DNA from: Lachnospiraceae bacterium | GTDB lineage: Bacteria; Bacillota; Clostridia; Lachnospirales; Lachnospiraceae | Reading direction: 5' to 3' | Length of the DNA stretch: 64,000 nt | NCBI GenBank assembly: GCA_051879435.1 | Contig: JBJEMA010000074.1 | Location: 27,800 to 91,799 of the forward strand | Shown: positions 36,122 to 45,558 of the stretch, piece by piece | Layout: every line of letters starts with the position of its first letter | Numbering within the stretch: position 1 is the first letter of the stretch | Made by a program: the position numbers and the translations under genes | The notes under the pieces: generated by a model | The model's database searches: none | Told to the model about the DNA's origin: nothing | Seen by the model: the letters and a program-made list of their open reading frames with translations, nothing else

Positions 36122-38179
36122 TTAATTCTCTCCCCGGTAAATCATCAGCGCAATCGGACTTTCCATCTGAAATGCTTCCTTCGCATACGGCAATCCTTCC
36201 ATGACCTCCGTACTGTAAATCGAAGTACTCATATTGCCTTTATAAACATAGCGCCACTCCCCGCTCTCTTCGGTAAAAATACCCGTATCATAATTCAGCA
36301 GGAATAAATTGTCGTACATAGCAGTATATTGCTCAATCTGAAACTTCAGATTGACCTGATCCAGGAAATAAATATCCGCGCCTGTTAACGCTTTTAACTG
36401 CATTCCCATAAGCCGCTGAATATGATAACCTTCGTCAAACAAAAGAACGGCATCATTTTCACCAATGCAGGACGCCACATTTTCCAATTCATAGAAATCC
36501 CCGTAAGTAAGATCTCTTTCCTGGTACAAAAGCTGGGTCTGATATATTACAATGCAGGCGCATACCACCCCCACAGGCACCAAAGCCTTTGGGGAAATGC
36601 GGTCCATCAAACCACCGGCCGCCACCACCACCAATAGAACAAACGGTGCAAGATAACGGGCGTAATAGTAATAATAATTCACAAACAACCATACAATTCC
36701 GCAATACAGGAAAATCATGTACAGCATAGAAAGATAAACAGTTACCAGATTCCGGTTTTTCGCAAACTGCTTAAAGAGCACAGGGATGGCGGCAAATGCC
36801 ATCGGCACACATACAAATCCCGTGGTAAGCAAAAGTCCGATAAAAGACGAATTCATCAAACGGACTCCATCCGGCAATTTGAAAAGAACCAGAACCATAT
36901 CTCCCAAAACAAGTACCATCAATACAATCATCAGAATTCCTATCGTCTTTGTCCCCTTCGGTGACTTACGGAATTCCTTGAATGCATGGTGGACTTTCCG
37001 GCGCAATGGAGTAAATCCGAATAATATGGCAAGTAACGCAAAGATTCCCACAATCACCCAGATGATAATCGGCAGATTATTCTCATTTAGGGTAATGTAA
37101 CGATCCACTCTCGTAAACAGAACCGTAAGATTGGAAATGGTATAATAACGGGAACGCGCCACCATCATGGCATATCCCATTCCATACCCTGCTAAAGTTA
37201 CTACCATGGAAATCAGATAACGCCGGTCTCTGGTATAGAAGAAATTCAGCAGATATAACAATACAAATAGCGGCATAATCATGGAAACCGTTACATGGAA
37301 GAAACAAAGAGCCAATACCGGTAATGTAGAAAACAGCGCCAGATGCTTTTTCTGATTGGAGGTAAGCAGTTCAAAAAATGCGGAAAGTAGCATGGCAATC
37401 ACTATTTCCGTCAGCATGTTTTTGGAACTCCACATAAGAATCGGGCAAACGGCCAGCAGAAGGCACATAATACTGTTGGTTCCTGTTTTATATTTCAGAT
37501 TGTTCCCAATAAGCCAGGCATTTCCCAGCAATAAGAGGAATAAAAATGTAAGAACACCACCCATATTACTCAGGCCGAACATTTTTCCCCAAAGAGCAAG
37601 CAGTGCCGGAAATGTGGCGATACCATGCAGAACACCTTCCATTTCCTTCGCATCCGGATTTCCATGTTCCTGTTCCAGATAAAATCCTGCCAGATCCCGG
37701 ATTCCGGTGCGATAGGTCGCCTTTTCGTATTCATTTTCAATTTCGTAATATTCCCGAAAATCGATGACATTATTATTTTCACCGGCCATGTAGTACATGG
37801 CGCGAATCTGGTACAATCCTTCGTCCTGGCTGGTGCTGTATAATCCCTCCGCAGCCATACCAGATAAAAATGCGGCAGCAAGCAGGATTATTGCAAGAGG
37901 AATCGTTTTCTTTCCCGGCAAGGTAATGATTGGAAGAACCCAGTTTCCCAGGAAAAAAATACCAGCCGTGATGAGAATTTCCGTTACCAGAGTCCACACC
38001 GCCGTTTTCATCAGACTAAACGCGTCCATCCATATAAATATTCCGCTTAAGAAAATCCAGAAACTGAAATACAGGCTAAAGCCTTCAATCAGCATCTTTT
38101 CCATTGTAATTTTTTTATGTGCAAATGCTGTCATGGCACATCCTGCCAGCATTCCTAAAACCCACACCACCAGTAACAT
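36122..38179 (-). CDS. Large polytopic membrane protein, probable ArnT/PMT-like GT-C
   Basis: SQDEGLY acidic motif in the first external loop, HG..TFPALLALW, SKNMLTE, YARYLAP, soluble C-terminal domain. Confidence 0.7.
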   Translation of the reverse strand: MLLVVWVLGMLAGCAMTAFAHKKITMEKMLIEGFSLYFSFWIFLSGIFIWMDAFSLMKTAVWTLVTEILITAGIFFLGNWVLPIITLPGKKTIPLAIILLAAAFLSGMAAEGLYSTSQDEGLYQIRAMYYMAGENNNVIDFREYYEIENEYEKATYRTGIRDLAGFYLEQEHGNPDAKEMEGVLHGIATFPALLALWGKMFGLSNMGGVLTFLFLLLLGNAWLIGNNLKYKTGTNSIMCLLLAVCPILMWSSKNMLTEIVIAMLLSAFFELLTSNQKKHLALFSTLPVLALCFFHVTVSMIMPLFVLLYLLNFFYTRDRRYLISMVVTLAGYGMGYAMMVARSRYYTISNLTVLFTRVDRYITLNENNLPIIIWVIVGIFALLAILFGFTPLRRKVHHAFKEFRKSPKGTKTIGILMIVLMVLVLGDMVLVLFKLPDGVRLMNSSFIGLLLTTGFVCVPMAFAAIPVLFKQFAKNRNLVTVYLSMLYMIFLYCGIVWLFVNYYYYYARYLAPFVLLVVVAAGGLMDRISPKALVPVGVVCACIVIYQTQLLYQERDLTYGDFYELENVASCIGENDAVLLFDEGYHIQRLMGMQLKALTGADIYFLDQVNLKFQIEQYTAMYDNLFLLNYDTGIFTEESGEWRYVYKGNMSTSIYSTEVMEGLPYAKEAFQMESPIALMIYRGEN

Positions 38180-38197
38180 GGCAAAACTCCTTTGTAT

Positions 38198-39322
38198 TTA
38201 CCGGAACATGTCCAGATAAAGTTTTTCTAAACCGCCAATCATTTCTTCATAAGTAAATTTCTTCTCTTCCACTGTGTCGAAGGCATCTGCTTTTCCCCGC
38301 ATTACCCGGTAAATCTTTCTTGCCAGATCCACCGCATCACGGTTTTTAAATGCCTTGCAGGTACCAAAGGTTACCTCCGGAAGGGAGCCTCCGTCACTAT
38401 AGATTAATTTTGCTCCCATCTGGCATGCTTCGAGTGCACTAAAACCAAATCCCTCTGTTAAAGAAGGTACAACCACGCAGTCTGCCTGATGAATTGCTGC
38501 GGCAAGCTGCTCCCGGGTTACGGAATCCCCGATTTTCACAAATTCCGCCAATCCATCCTGATGAATCTGCTGTATGAACTGCGCCCGCAGATCCTCCGGC
38601 TCTTTTCCAAGCAAAAAGCAAAAATGGACATTGTTATCCAGCCGGTTTTTTGCAGACAACAGGCGGATTGCTTTTTCGTAAACCTGCACGCCCTTTGTTT
38701 TTCCCGGTCTTCCGTAATACAAAAATACTTTGGAATCCTTTGGGATACCAAAATAGTCCCGAAGAGAAAAATCCGGATCCTCCATACTCTCTTCCATCTC
38801 ATTGGCGAGGTAAACTCTTTGTACATTCTTTTTCCCGCAATATGTTTCCACATCCTTCTTCGTTGCATCGGAAATGGCATGATAGCAGTCAAAAGGCATT
38901 CTGCAGGAAATCTGCTCCACCAGGAAAAATGCAGTGGCACGCAAAAAAGAATCTGCCCAATACCATTTTTTTCCTCTTGCTTCATATATGGTTAAAAGTG
39001 ATTTTTTATGATATTTCTTCGCCAGATAACTAACCACAGGCGAGGTGGTAAAAATCGAAGTGTGCACTACATCACACCATTGGATTACCGGCGCAATGTC
39101 TTTCGGATTTGGCAGTGGGTGTCCAAAGGCTGATTTCCATCTGCAATACCGAACAGGAATTCCGTCCACCACCTTTTCCCCGCAATATTCTTCACCGACA
39201 TTACGAGCCACCACGCGAACCTCATGTCCGCGTTGCAGCAAACCTTTGGCAAGGTCATAAAACATTTTTTCTCCGCCACCCACATAGGGATAAAAATGCG
39301 GAAGTACAATTGCTATTTTCAA
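38198..39322 (-). CDS. Glycosyltransferase family 4
   Basis: MKIAIVLPHFYPYVGGGE, YYGRPGKTKG, EGFGFSALEACQMG, GGSLPEV; TTG start. Confidence 0.92.
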   Translation of the reverse strand: MKIAIVLPHFYPYVGGGEKMFYDLAKGLLQRGHEVRVVARNVGEEYCGEKVVDGIPVRYCRWKSAFGHPLPNPKDIAPVIQWCDVVHTSIFTTSPVVSYLAKKYHKKSLLTIYEARGKKWYWADSFLRATAFFLVEQISCRMPFDCYHAISDATKKDVETYCGKKNVQRVYLANEMEESMEDPDFSLRDYFGIPKDSKVFLYYGRPGKTKGVQVYEKAIRLLSAKNRLDNNVHFCFLLGKEPEDLRAQFIQQIHQDGLAEFVKIGDSVTREQLAAAIHQADCVVVPSLTEGFGFSALEACQMGAKLIYSDGGSLPEVTFGTCKAFKNRDAVDLARKIYRVMRGKADAFDTVEEKKFTYEEMIGGLEKLYLDMFR

Positions 39323-39348
39323 AACAAGTCACACTTTCCCTACTTTAC

Positions 39349-39373
39349 ATAGATAATCTATTTTAGTATACCA
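39349..39373 (-). promoter_or_regulatory. Putative extended -10 promoter with a downstream palindrome
   Basis: TGGTATACT (TGn-TATACT) at 39373-39365; palindrome ATAGAT-A-ATCTAT at 39349-39361 near the expected +1. Confidence 0.5.
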
Positions 39374-39483
39374 CAGATTCTATTTTTTTCTATGGTTAAG
39401 GAAGATTTCAAACAGGTCGGTAGAAAACACGATCCGCGCACAATATTTTTATACATTGGAACATAGCCCTCTTGTTTGTAAAC

Positions 39484-39516
39484 AAAAAAAGAAGGCTCGG
39501 ACAAAACCAAGCCTTC
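39484..39516 (-). terminator. Rho-independent terminator closing the upstream operon
   Basis: GAAGGCTTGG-ttttgt-CCGAGCCTTC (10-bp stem, one G-U) followed by a T7 run. Confidence 0.85.
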
Positions 39517-39530
39517 TGAAAATGAAATAA

Positions 39531-39805
39531 TTATTGCTTTTTGCTATTGTATTCTTCGAGAAATTCATTGAATGTTGCGATATCACTAGCAATTATTTTT
39601 TGAACATCTTCCGTTCTGCCCTGAGCCATTAACCAGCGAATTAACTCTAAAGTTTTTTCGATACCTATTTTGATACCTTTTTCGATACCTTTTTCGATAC
39701 CTATTTCGATACCTTTTTTTCAAGTCCAGCAGAATAAGCAGTCATGTCTGCCACCTCCTTTTCAAATTCGACAGTTGTTGGTAGATTATACCTATATTTT
39801 AACAG
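39531..39805 (-). pseudogene. Frameshifted C-terminal remnant of an Rpn/PD-(D/E)XK nuclease-family-like gene
   Basis: LLKYRYNLPTTVEFEKEVAD-MTAYSAGLEK [frameshift in A7] GIEIGIEKGIEKGIKIGIEKTLELIRWLMAQGRTEDVQKIIASDIATFNEFLEEYNSKKQ*. Perfect SD AAGGAGGT 7 nt before ATG 39745; AT-rich. Confidence 0.65.
39654..39716. repeat. 12-bp tandem repeat x5 encoding GIE(K/I) units
   Basis: (tt/ta)ttt(c/t)gatacc repeated five times. Confidence 0.9.
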
Positions 39806-39806
39806 A

Positions 39807-40874
39807 CTAATCTTGAAAAATCTCTCGGTAATCTGCCTGTATTTTCTTCCAATGGTATTTCTGACTTCTTAACTTCTCATAGTCCCTGTAATAGGATTCC
39901 AAGGATGCGGAAAAATCCATCTTTTCCAGTTCCGCATAATCGGCAAATGCTACACCGGGTATGGAACCGGCTTTAAGGACCTTTGCATTTGCTACCGGGA
40001 TTACATCCAGAAACATAGCCTCCTGCATAACGCCGGAGGTCTGCGTCCCGTACACATCTTCGCCGTAAGGAAGTACTGTATAGCGGGAGGAAGAAAGAAG
40101 ACGGTAATATTCTTCCTCTGAGAGATAACAATCCCGCAATGTGATATTTTGTTTTGCCGCCTTTTTCAAATTGGCAAAGCGTTCTTTCTCGTAAAATCTG
40201 CCTGCAATGATGAGCGAATACCCATTTTGATTAAAGGCTTCCACCAGTTCCTCCAGTTTTTTTCCGCTACTCATGGTTCCAAGGCACACCGCCTGTTCCT
40301 TTTTTTCCTGCAGACGATATTTCTCGTATTTTTCCGGATTATAGTAATAATCCGGAATATAGTGGCTTTTGCAATTCTTAAACTTGAAATATTCTCCACT
40401 GGCAAGAATCAGGTCCATCTTCTTCTGCGCCTGCTCAAATACCCATTGTTTGAATCTGGCGACCGTATTTCCATGATAACCATCCAAAAACATGGTCAGT
40501 ACCACCTTTTGTTTTGGTTTTTTATGGAAAAACAAATACAGCATCAGATAATATTCCACATTAAAAAACCAGACAATATCCGCATCTGTTTCCGCAAACG
40601 CTTTTTTCAGATTGGTAAACATATGCAGTTTATTATTGACTTTTTCAAAAAATGAATTGTGCCCTTTCATCACGATGTTTTTCGGCAACGGACAGCATTT
40701 CTTCCGGATATCATCCGGCAGATTTCTGCCAATCACTTCCGGTGCAAATATTTCAACCGCACAAAAATCCTTTATGAAATCATGATATTCTTTCAGCACT
40801 TTTGGGGAATGGCCTACCGCATTCCCCTCCGTGTCACATCTTCCCTGATATTCAATCATCGCAACCTTTTTCAT
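39807..40874 (-). CDS. GT4-like glycosyltransferase
   Basis: C-terminal GKKLEEL, LSEEEYY, VLPY...TSGVMQEAMF. Start moved to MKKVAM at 40874 behind GAGG. Confidence 0.75.
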   Translation of the reverse strand: MKKVAMIEYQGRCDTEGNAVGHSPKVLKEYHDFIKDFCAVEIFAPEVIGRNLPDDIRKKCCPLPKNIVMKGHNSFFEKVNNKLHMFTNLKKAFAETDADIVWFFNVEYYLMLYLFFHKKPKQKVVLTMFLDGYHGNTVARFKQWVFEQAQKKMDLILASGEYFKFKNCKSHYIPDYYYNPEKYEKYRLQEKKEQAVCLGTMSSGKKLEELVEAFNQNGYSLIIAGRFYEKERFANLKKAAKQNITLRDCYLSEEEYYRLLSSSRYTVLPYGEDVYGTQTSGVMQEAMFLDVIPVANAKVLKAGSIPGVAFADYAELEKMDFSASLESYYRDYEKLRSQKYHWKKIQADYREIFQD

Positions 40875-40953
40875 ATATTTCCTCTTTTTCAACGAACCAT
40901 CCGGCATTGCACTAACTGCATTTTTTCGTATTACTTACTGTTTTCCCTGTTTT

Positions 40954-42027
40954 CTACCCATGGTTCAATTTTGCGGCCAGTTTTTTACATTGTTTTTTGT
41001 AATACATGCGCAGGATCCGGTGTAATCCGCCTACGCCAAACACAGCTAAAACCGCCGCACCCCTGTTTCTCATTTTCGTTTTTTTATCTCTTTGAATATC
41101 CCTGCGAAGTCTGCGAATAATTGTATAAACCTGTGTCAGGATTTCCTGATTTTCCGGACATTTCTCCGTTTCCGAAAGAATCTGAAAACAGGCAGAAAAT
41201 AACCGGCTCTTTGCTGCCGGAAGATACTCCGGAAAATTCCGTTCCACATATGCGACCATCTCATTGGCATGCATCAGGTAATCCACATTACGTTCCCGCG
41301 AGGTAGAGAAGATGGTATTGTCCGCCCGCTGATAATATTCATAAAGTGGGGCGCCGGTATAAACAAGCGTCTTTGCTTTCGCAAAAAGCCGGTAAATTGT
41401 GCCCATATCTTCTGCTTTTGTTCCCTCGGGAAATGCCACCTCATCCCAGAGTGCTTTCCGGCTGATCATCCCCCATGGAACGGACATAAAATCCCGTTGA
41501 TAAAGGAGTCTCTCCATTGCTTCCGGACCGGTCATAACTAAGATTCCTTCCGTGCAATTCATGCCTGTGGTTTTCTCCGGACCGGTCACATCTGTGGTTT
41601 TCTCCGGACCGGTCACAACGGATTTATCCTTCGCTTCATCCATCAACTTTGTTTCTTTCCCATCCGGAAAAACGCGTACAAATCCGCAGACCGCAATATC
41701 TGCGGCCGTTTTCTCTGCCAGTTGCTGCAAAGTCTTCAAATAGGATTTCGCAATCACATCATCGCTATCCACAAACGCCACATATTCTCCCCCGGCCATG
41801 GAAACGCCAAAATTTCTCGCCTTTGCCGCTCCCCCATTTTCCCGGTGAAAAACACGAATGTGATTATCCTTTTCGCACCATCTGTCACAGATTATGCCGG
41901 ATGCATCCGTTGCGCCATCATCCACAAGAAGAAGTTCAAAATCCTTATAATCCTGTGCAAGTATGCTTTCCACACATGCATCCAGATATTTTTCCGCATT
42001 ATAGACAGGTACAATTACGCTAATCAT
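40954..42027 (-). CDS. Glycosyltransferase family 2 with an internal repeat insertion
   Basis: ISVIVPVYNAEKYL, VDDGATD, ARNFG, FVDSDD, AEDM; insertion VTGPEKTTD-VTGPEKTTG. Confidence 0.92.
   Translation of the reverse strand: MISVIVPVYNAEKYLDACVESILAQDYKDFELLLVDDGATDASGIICDRWCEKDNHIRVFHRENGGAAKARNFGVSMAGGEYVAFVDSDDVIAKSYLKTLQQLAEKTAADIAVCGFVRVFPDGKETKLMDEAKDKSVVTGPEKTTDVTGPEKTTGMNCTEGILVMTGPEAMERLLYQRDFMSVPWGMISRKALWDEVAFPEGTKAEDMGTIYRLFAKAKTLVYTGAPLYEYYQRADNTIFSTSRERNVDYLMHANEMVAYVERNFPEYLPAAKSRLFSACFQILSETEKCPENQEILTQVYTIIRRLRRDIQRDKKTKMRNRGAAVLAVFGVGGLHRILRMYYKKQCKKLAAKLNHG
41565..41617. repeat. 27-bp in-frame tandem duplication inside a GT2
   Basis: CTGTGGTTTTCTCCGGACCGGTCACA x2; a further partial TCCGGACCGGTCA at 41522. 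Confidence 0.9.
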
Positions 42028-42058
42028 CTGCTACCCTTTTCCTTCCGATTTCTTCCCT

Positions 42059-42197
42059 TTGTTGCGGCGCGCAGCCTCTTAATCCGTACAACATTTTCTG
42101 CCGGCGCAGCGTTGCAACAGGCCAAAATTTGCGACTTTGGTTGCGCAGCAAACACGGAGCAATTTTGCTTGTTGCGGCGCATATCCCCTTAATCTGT
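42059..42197. repeat. GC-rich intergenic element: 29-bp imperfect direct repeats around an imperfect hairpin
   Basis: ttgttgcggcgc-N7-cttaatc(c/t)gt at 42059-42087 and 42169-42197 (24/29 identical); inner arms gcaaca..aaaatt / aatttt..tgttgc. Confidence 0.6.
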
Positions 42198-42970
42198 TAG
42201 ATGTCTACGCCGTGGCAACCAAGAAACTGCTGCATTTCGCTGTAAGAGGCAAATTCCTTTTTCCATCCATGCACGCCCCATGGAATATCTCCTTTTTCCA
42301 CCCGCTCCCGCAGATGGTATTCCCCGGCAAATTGCAGACCGGTCTTTTCATCCGCCAATCGGAAACCGCATTTGTTGCATTCTCCAAATACGCCGAAAAA
42401 AATGTCTTCATTGCGTTTGATGAACCAATAACATTTTCTCCAGGAAAATTCTTTAATCAACGCAATGCTTTTTTTGATATTGCGAAGGCAAAAACCTCCG
42501 TTTCCCATGGTAATTCCCTGCCCCACTTTTTTACAACATTCCAGGCGCTTCTTTCCGCTTCGTCTGACAAAACGCCACTCCAAGATGCGTCTTTCCGGAA
42601 TCCATGGTGCCCCAAAATAATCATAACCCTTTTGCATAAATTCCTGCAGGCGGTTCTCGTTTCCCCAAATAACTGCATCCGTCTGGGCTATCAGCATATA
42701 ATTATAATCCGAAAAACGCTCATAAAATTTTACATTCAGAAGAAGATGATTGTATGCTTTCGTTCCTGTAAAAAATTTGTCCGGAAATGTTTCAAATCCG
42801 ATTGACGGAAAATTTTTTTCATAATAGGAACGATTTAATCCATCCGGCGCCACAAATACAATATGTTCCCCCTGTAATACATTGCAGTAGCGGGATACGC
42901 ATTTGCTTTCATCATCTTCCAGACGTTCTTTATATATTGGAATCACAATAATACATTGATAGGAAACCAT
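42197..42970 (-). CDS. DUF5672-like protein (GT-A-like, glycan-locus associated)
   Basis: IVIPIYK, YNHLLL...FYERF, LIAQTDA, YDYFGAPW, MGNGGFCLR, NEDIFF, PWGVHGW. Confidence 0.75.
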   Translation of the reverse strand: MVSYQCIIVIPIYKERLEDDESKCVSRYCNVLQGEHIVFVAPDGLNRSYYEKNFPSIGFETFPDKFFTGTKAYNHLLLNVKFYERFSDYNYMLIAQTDAVIWGNENRLQEFMQKGYDYFGAPWIPERRILEWRFVRRSGKKRLECCKKVGQGITMGNGGFCLRNIKKSIALIKEFSWRKCYWFIKRNEDIFFGVFGECNKCGFRLADEKTGLQFAGEYHLRERVEKGDIPWGVHGWKKEFASYSEMQQFLGCHGVDI

Positions 42971-43020
42971 CGTTCCTCCCTTTCTTTCCGGTTATTTCCC
43001 ATTCTTGTTTCATGCCTTCA

Positions 43021-44187
43021 TCACAGGGCCGGCGTCTCATTCCAGAGTTTCTCCACATTTTCCGGTACCCGGTCCCAGGAGAATCTTTCACTTTCCGCAA
43101 GCACATTTTTGCAGAATTCATCCTGCCTGTTTTCATCGAAATAACGGTTGACCGCATCTGCTATTGCCGCCGGATTTTGCGGTTCCACAACATAACCGGT
43201 TTTTCCGTCTGTAACCACCTCCGGAAGTCCGCCCACATTGGTCACCAGAACAGGCAAACCGAATCCGAAGGCAATCTGTACAATTCCGCTCTGGGTTGCC
43301 GATTCATACGGGCAGAGGTTCATATCGGCTGCCGCAAAATACGGCTCCACCTCTTTGTCCGGGATATACCCGTCCCGCACCACAATATACGGTTCCATCC
43401 GCTTCTCCTGAATAAGTCGCATGTATTCTTCTTTTTCCGTTCCGAAATCTCCAACGATCCAGAGTCGCAGATTTTCCTGCTTTTCTACGATTGCCGGCAA
43501 AGCCTCAATCAGATGTTTCAATCCTTTATATTTGCGCACCAGGCCAAAGAATAAAAGCATTTTTTCATCTTTGGCAATTCCCAGTTCTTCCCGCGCCGTC
43601 TGTTTGGAAATATTGCGCAATTTAAATGCGGAATAAGTTGGATGCACGGTCCGAAGGCATTTCATATCAGGCAAAAGTTCCGCAAGATCTTTTTCATCTT
43701 CTTTCGAATGGACAATGCAATAATCTGCCTTCCTTAAGGTGGATTTTGTCAGGAAACGGTCCATTACAAAACGTTCGTGCGGAAGAACATTATGGCATAC
43801 AAACAATACTTTGTAACCACGAAGTGCTCCCAAAAGCAATTGATAGCATGGTGCAAAATAAGGATGCCACCATTGCAAAATAATCAGATCCGGTTTCATT
43901 TTCCTGATTTTGGCTGCACTGCCCCAAATATTAAACGGATTGGCTGTATGAATGAGAAACTGCGCATCCGGAACTTCAAATGTCTTATTGCTGTAGTCCT
44001 TCTGTTCTTTCTTAAACAGAATTTTCGGATATTGCATTTTATAAGATATGGTTATGGTTTCAAATTTTTTCGACAATGCCTTACTCATCAATCCGGTAAA
44101 ATGCGCAATACCGCCTTTGTATGGGTAAACCGGCCCAATCAAAATCACTTTCTTAAGTTCCTTTTTTTCTGTTTTTTGCTCTGTCAC
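43021..44187 (-). CDS. Glycosyltransferase family 4
   Basis: GPVYPYKGGIAHF, CHNVLPHE, FFGLVRKYKGL, ATQSGIVQIAFGFGLPVLVTNVGGLPEVV. Confidence 0.93.
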   Translation of the reverse strand: MTEQKTEKKELKKVILIGPVYPYKGGIAHFTGLMSKALSKKFETITISYKMQYPKILFKKEQKDYSNKTFEVPDAQFLIHTANPFNIWGSAAKIRKMKPDLIILQWWHPYFAPCYQLLLGALRGYKVLFVCHNVLPHERFVMDRFLTKSTLRKADYCIVHSKEDEKDLAELLPDMKCLRTVHPTYSAFKLRNISKQTAREELGIAKDEKMLLFFGLVRKYKGLKHLIEALPAIVEKQENLRLWIVGDFGTEKEEYMRLIQEKRMEPYIVVRDGYIPDKEVEPYFAAADMNLCPYESATQSGIVQIAFGFGLPVLVTNVGGLPEVVTDGKTGYVVEPQNPAAIADAVNRYFDENRQDEFCKNVLAESERFSWDRVPENVEKLWNETPAL

Positions 44188-44259
44188 AATTTAATCTCCT
44201 ATCCGAAAATCCAACCATTGTTTTGCGATATTGCCTTTCTTCACTGATTACGAATGAAG

Positions 44260-45546
44260 CTACCTGTTTTCCACATAAACACGATACACTTTTTCCAGCA
44301 TCCGAACCTGGGTCTTTACATCAAAACCTTTTTCCTTCAGGATTTTTGCGGGATCCTGCAACATTTTTTCCGGCTTGGTTATGGCAGAATTTTTCTCCTC
44401 ATTTTCTTCTCCGACTTTCACAGGGTCATCCTGTACTTTTTCTTTTCTTTCGCCCCGCTTGCGATTCATTTCCTCCAGATAGGAAAGTGCCTTCTCCGCC
44501 CATTTTTTTGGGCCTTTCTCCAGAGAATAATAACGCACATAATCCGTCACATCCACATCTCTGGTAATGGTGTCGGAAATCAGGCAGGGCAGGGAAGATG
44601 CCTGGGCTTCCGTAACAGTTCCCGGTAAACCTTCATACCGGGAGGGGAAAATCATCAAATCCATCGCCACATAATAATCCTGAGGACGGGACTGACGACC
44701 GGCAAAGATGACTTTTTCCTCCAGTCCCAAATCTTTCACCAGTTGTTTCGTTTCGCCCATCAGACTGCCACCGTCCCCCACAAGCAGTAATCGGGCGTCC
44801 GGACGAATTTGAACAATTTCAGAAAACACCCGTAAAAGAAAAGCATGATTCTTGGCATAGTGGAATCTCCCCACATGTCCAATTACCAATTGATTGGTTA
44901 TATTATATTTTTCACGAATGGACGCACGAACGGCATCCTTCTCCGGCGTTCGCGCGAATTGGTCCACCGAAATAGCGTCCAACAGCACATAACTTTTTTC
45001 CGGTGCCAAATCGTATCCGGCCGGTTTTTGCCCTCCTGCTCCTGCATCAAAAAATTCCAACTGATTCTGTCTGTAAACAGCCCGTGCTGCGTCAGAAGAA
45101 CAGGCCCAGCGATAATCTGTTTTCTTCGCCAGATTGCGACGCAGGAATTTTGTTAAAATCCCCTTCCAGCCTTTGTCCACGCCGGCACTTCTTGCATGGG
45201 CGATGGTTACCATTCCGTATTTTTTCGCTATCGGCAGATAAATGGATGCCGTGGAAGTCTGATGCCCTTGAACAATGGAAATCTCCGGGTGACTTTGAAA
45301 GAAAGTTTCCATTGCTTTTTTATATGCAAAATAGTTAAAAAAGCGAAATCTTGGAACCCGATATACAGGGAATCCCAGTGCATTCGCTTCTTCTTCATAA
45401 TAATCCGGACCTTTGGTATGCACCAAAAATGCATACCGGACTTCATCTGTATTCAAATTTCTCGCAATATCCATAACCCGGCTCTCAGCGCCTCCAAGTT
45501 CAAGTCCGCCAAGCACCTGCAATACAATAATCGGTTTTTTTTCCAT
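44260..45546 (-). CDS. Glycosyltransferase family 4 (EpsF-like)
   Basis: LELGGAES, IAHARS, HVGRFHYAKNH, RYEGLPGTVTEAQASSLP. Confidence 0.92.
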   Translation of the reverse strand: MEKKPIIVLQVLGGLELGGAESRVMDIARNLNTDEVRYAFLVHTKGPDYYEEEANALGFPVYRVPRFRFFNYFAYKKAMETFFQSHPEISIVQGHQTSTASIYLPIAKKYGMVTIAHARSAGVDKGWKGILTKFLRRNLAKKTDYRWACSSDAARAVYRQNQLEFFDAGAGGQKPAGYDLAPEKSYVLLDAISVDQFARTPEKDAVRASIREKYNITNQLVIGHVGRFHYAKNHAFLLRVFSEIVQIRPDARLLLVGDGGSLMGETKQLVKDLGLEEKVIFAGRQSRPQDYYVAMDLMIFPSRYEGLPGTVTEAQASSLPCLISDTITRDVDVTDYVRYYSLEKGPKKWAEKALSYLEEMNRKRGERKEKVQDDPVKVGEENEEKNSAITKPEKMLQDPAKILKEKGFDVKTQVRMLEKVYRVYVENR

Positions 45547-45558
45547 GAGCTGCTCTCT

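Noticed and set aside
39654-39716. Possible iterons or operator array
   Set aside because: The 12-bp period matches in-frame GIE(K/I) codons of the Rpn-like remnant, so it is a coding repeat.
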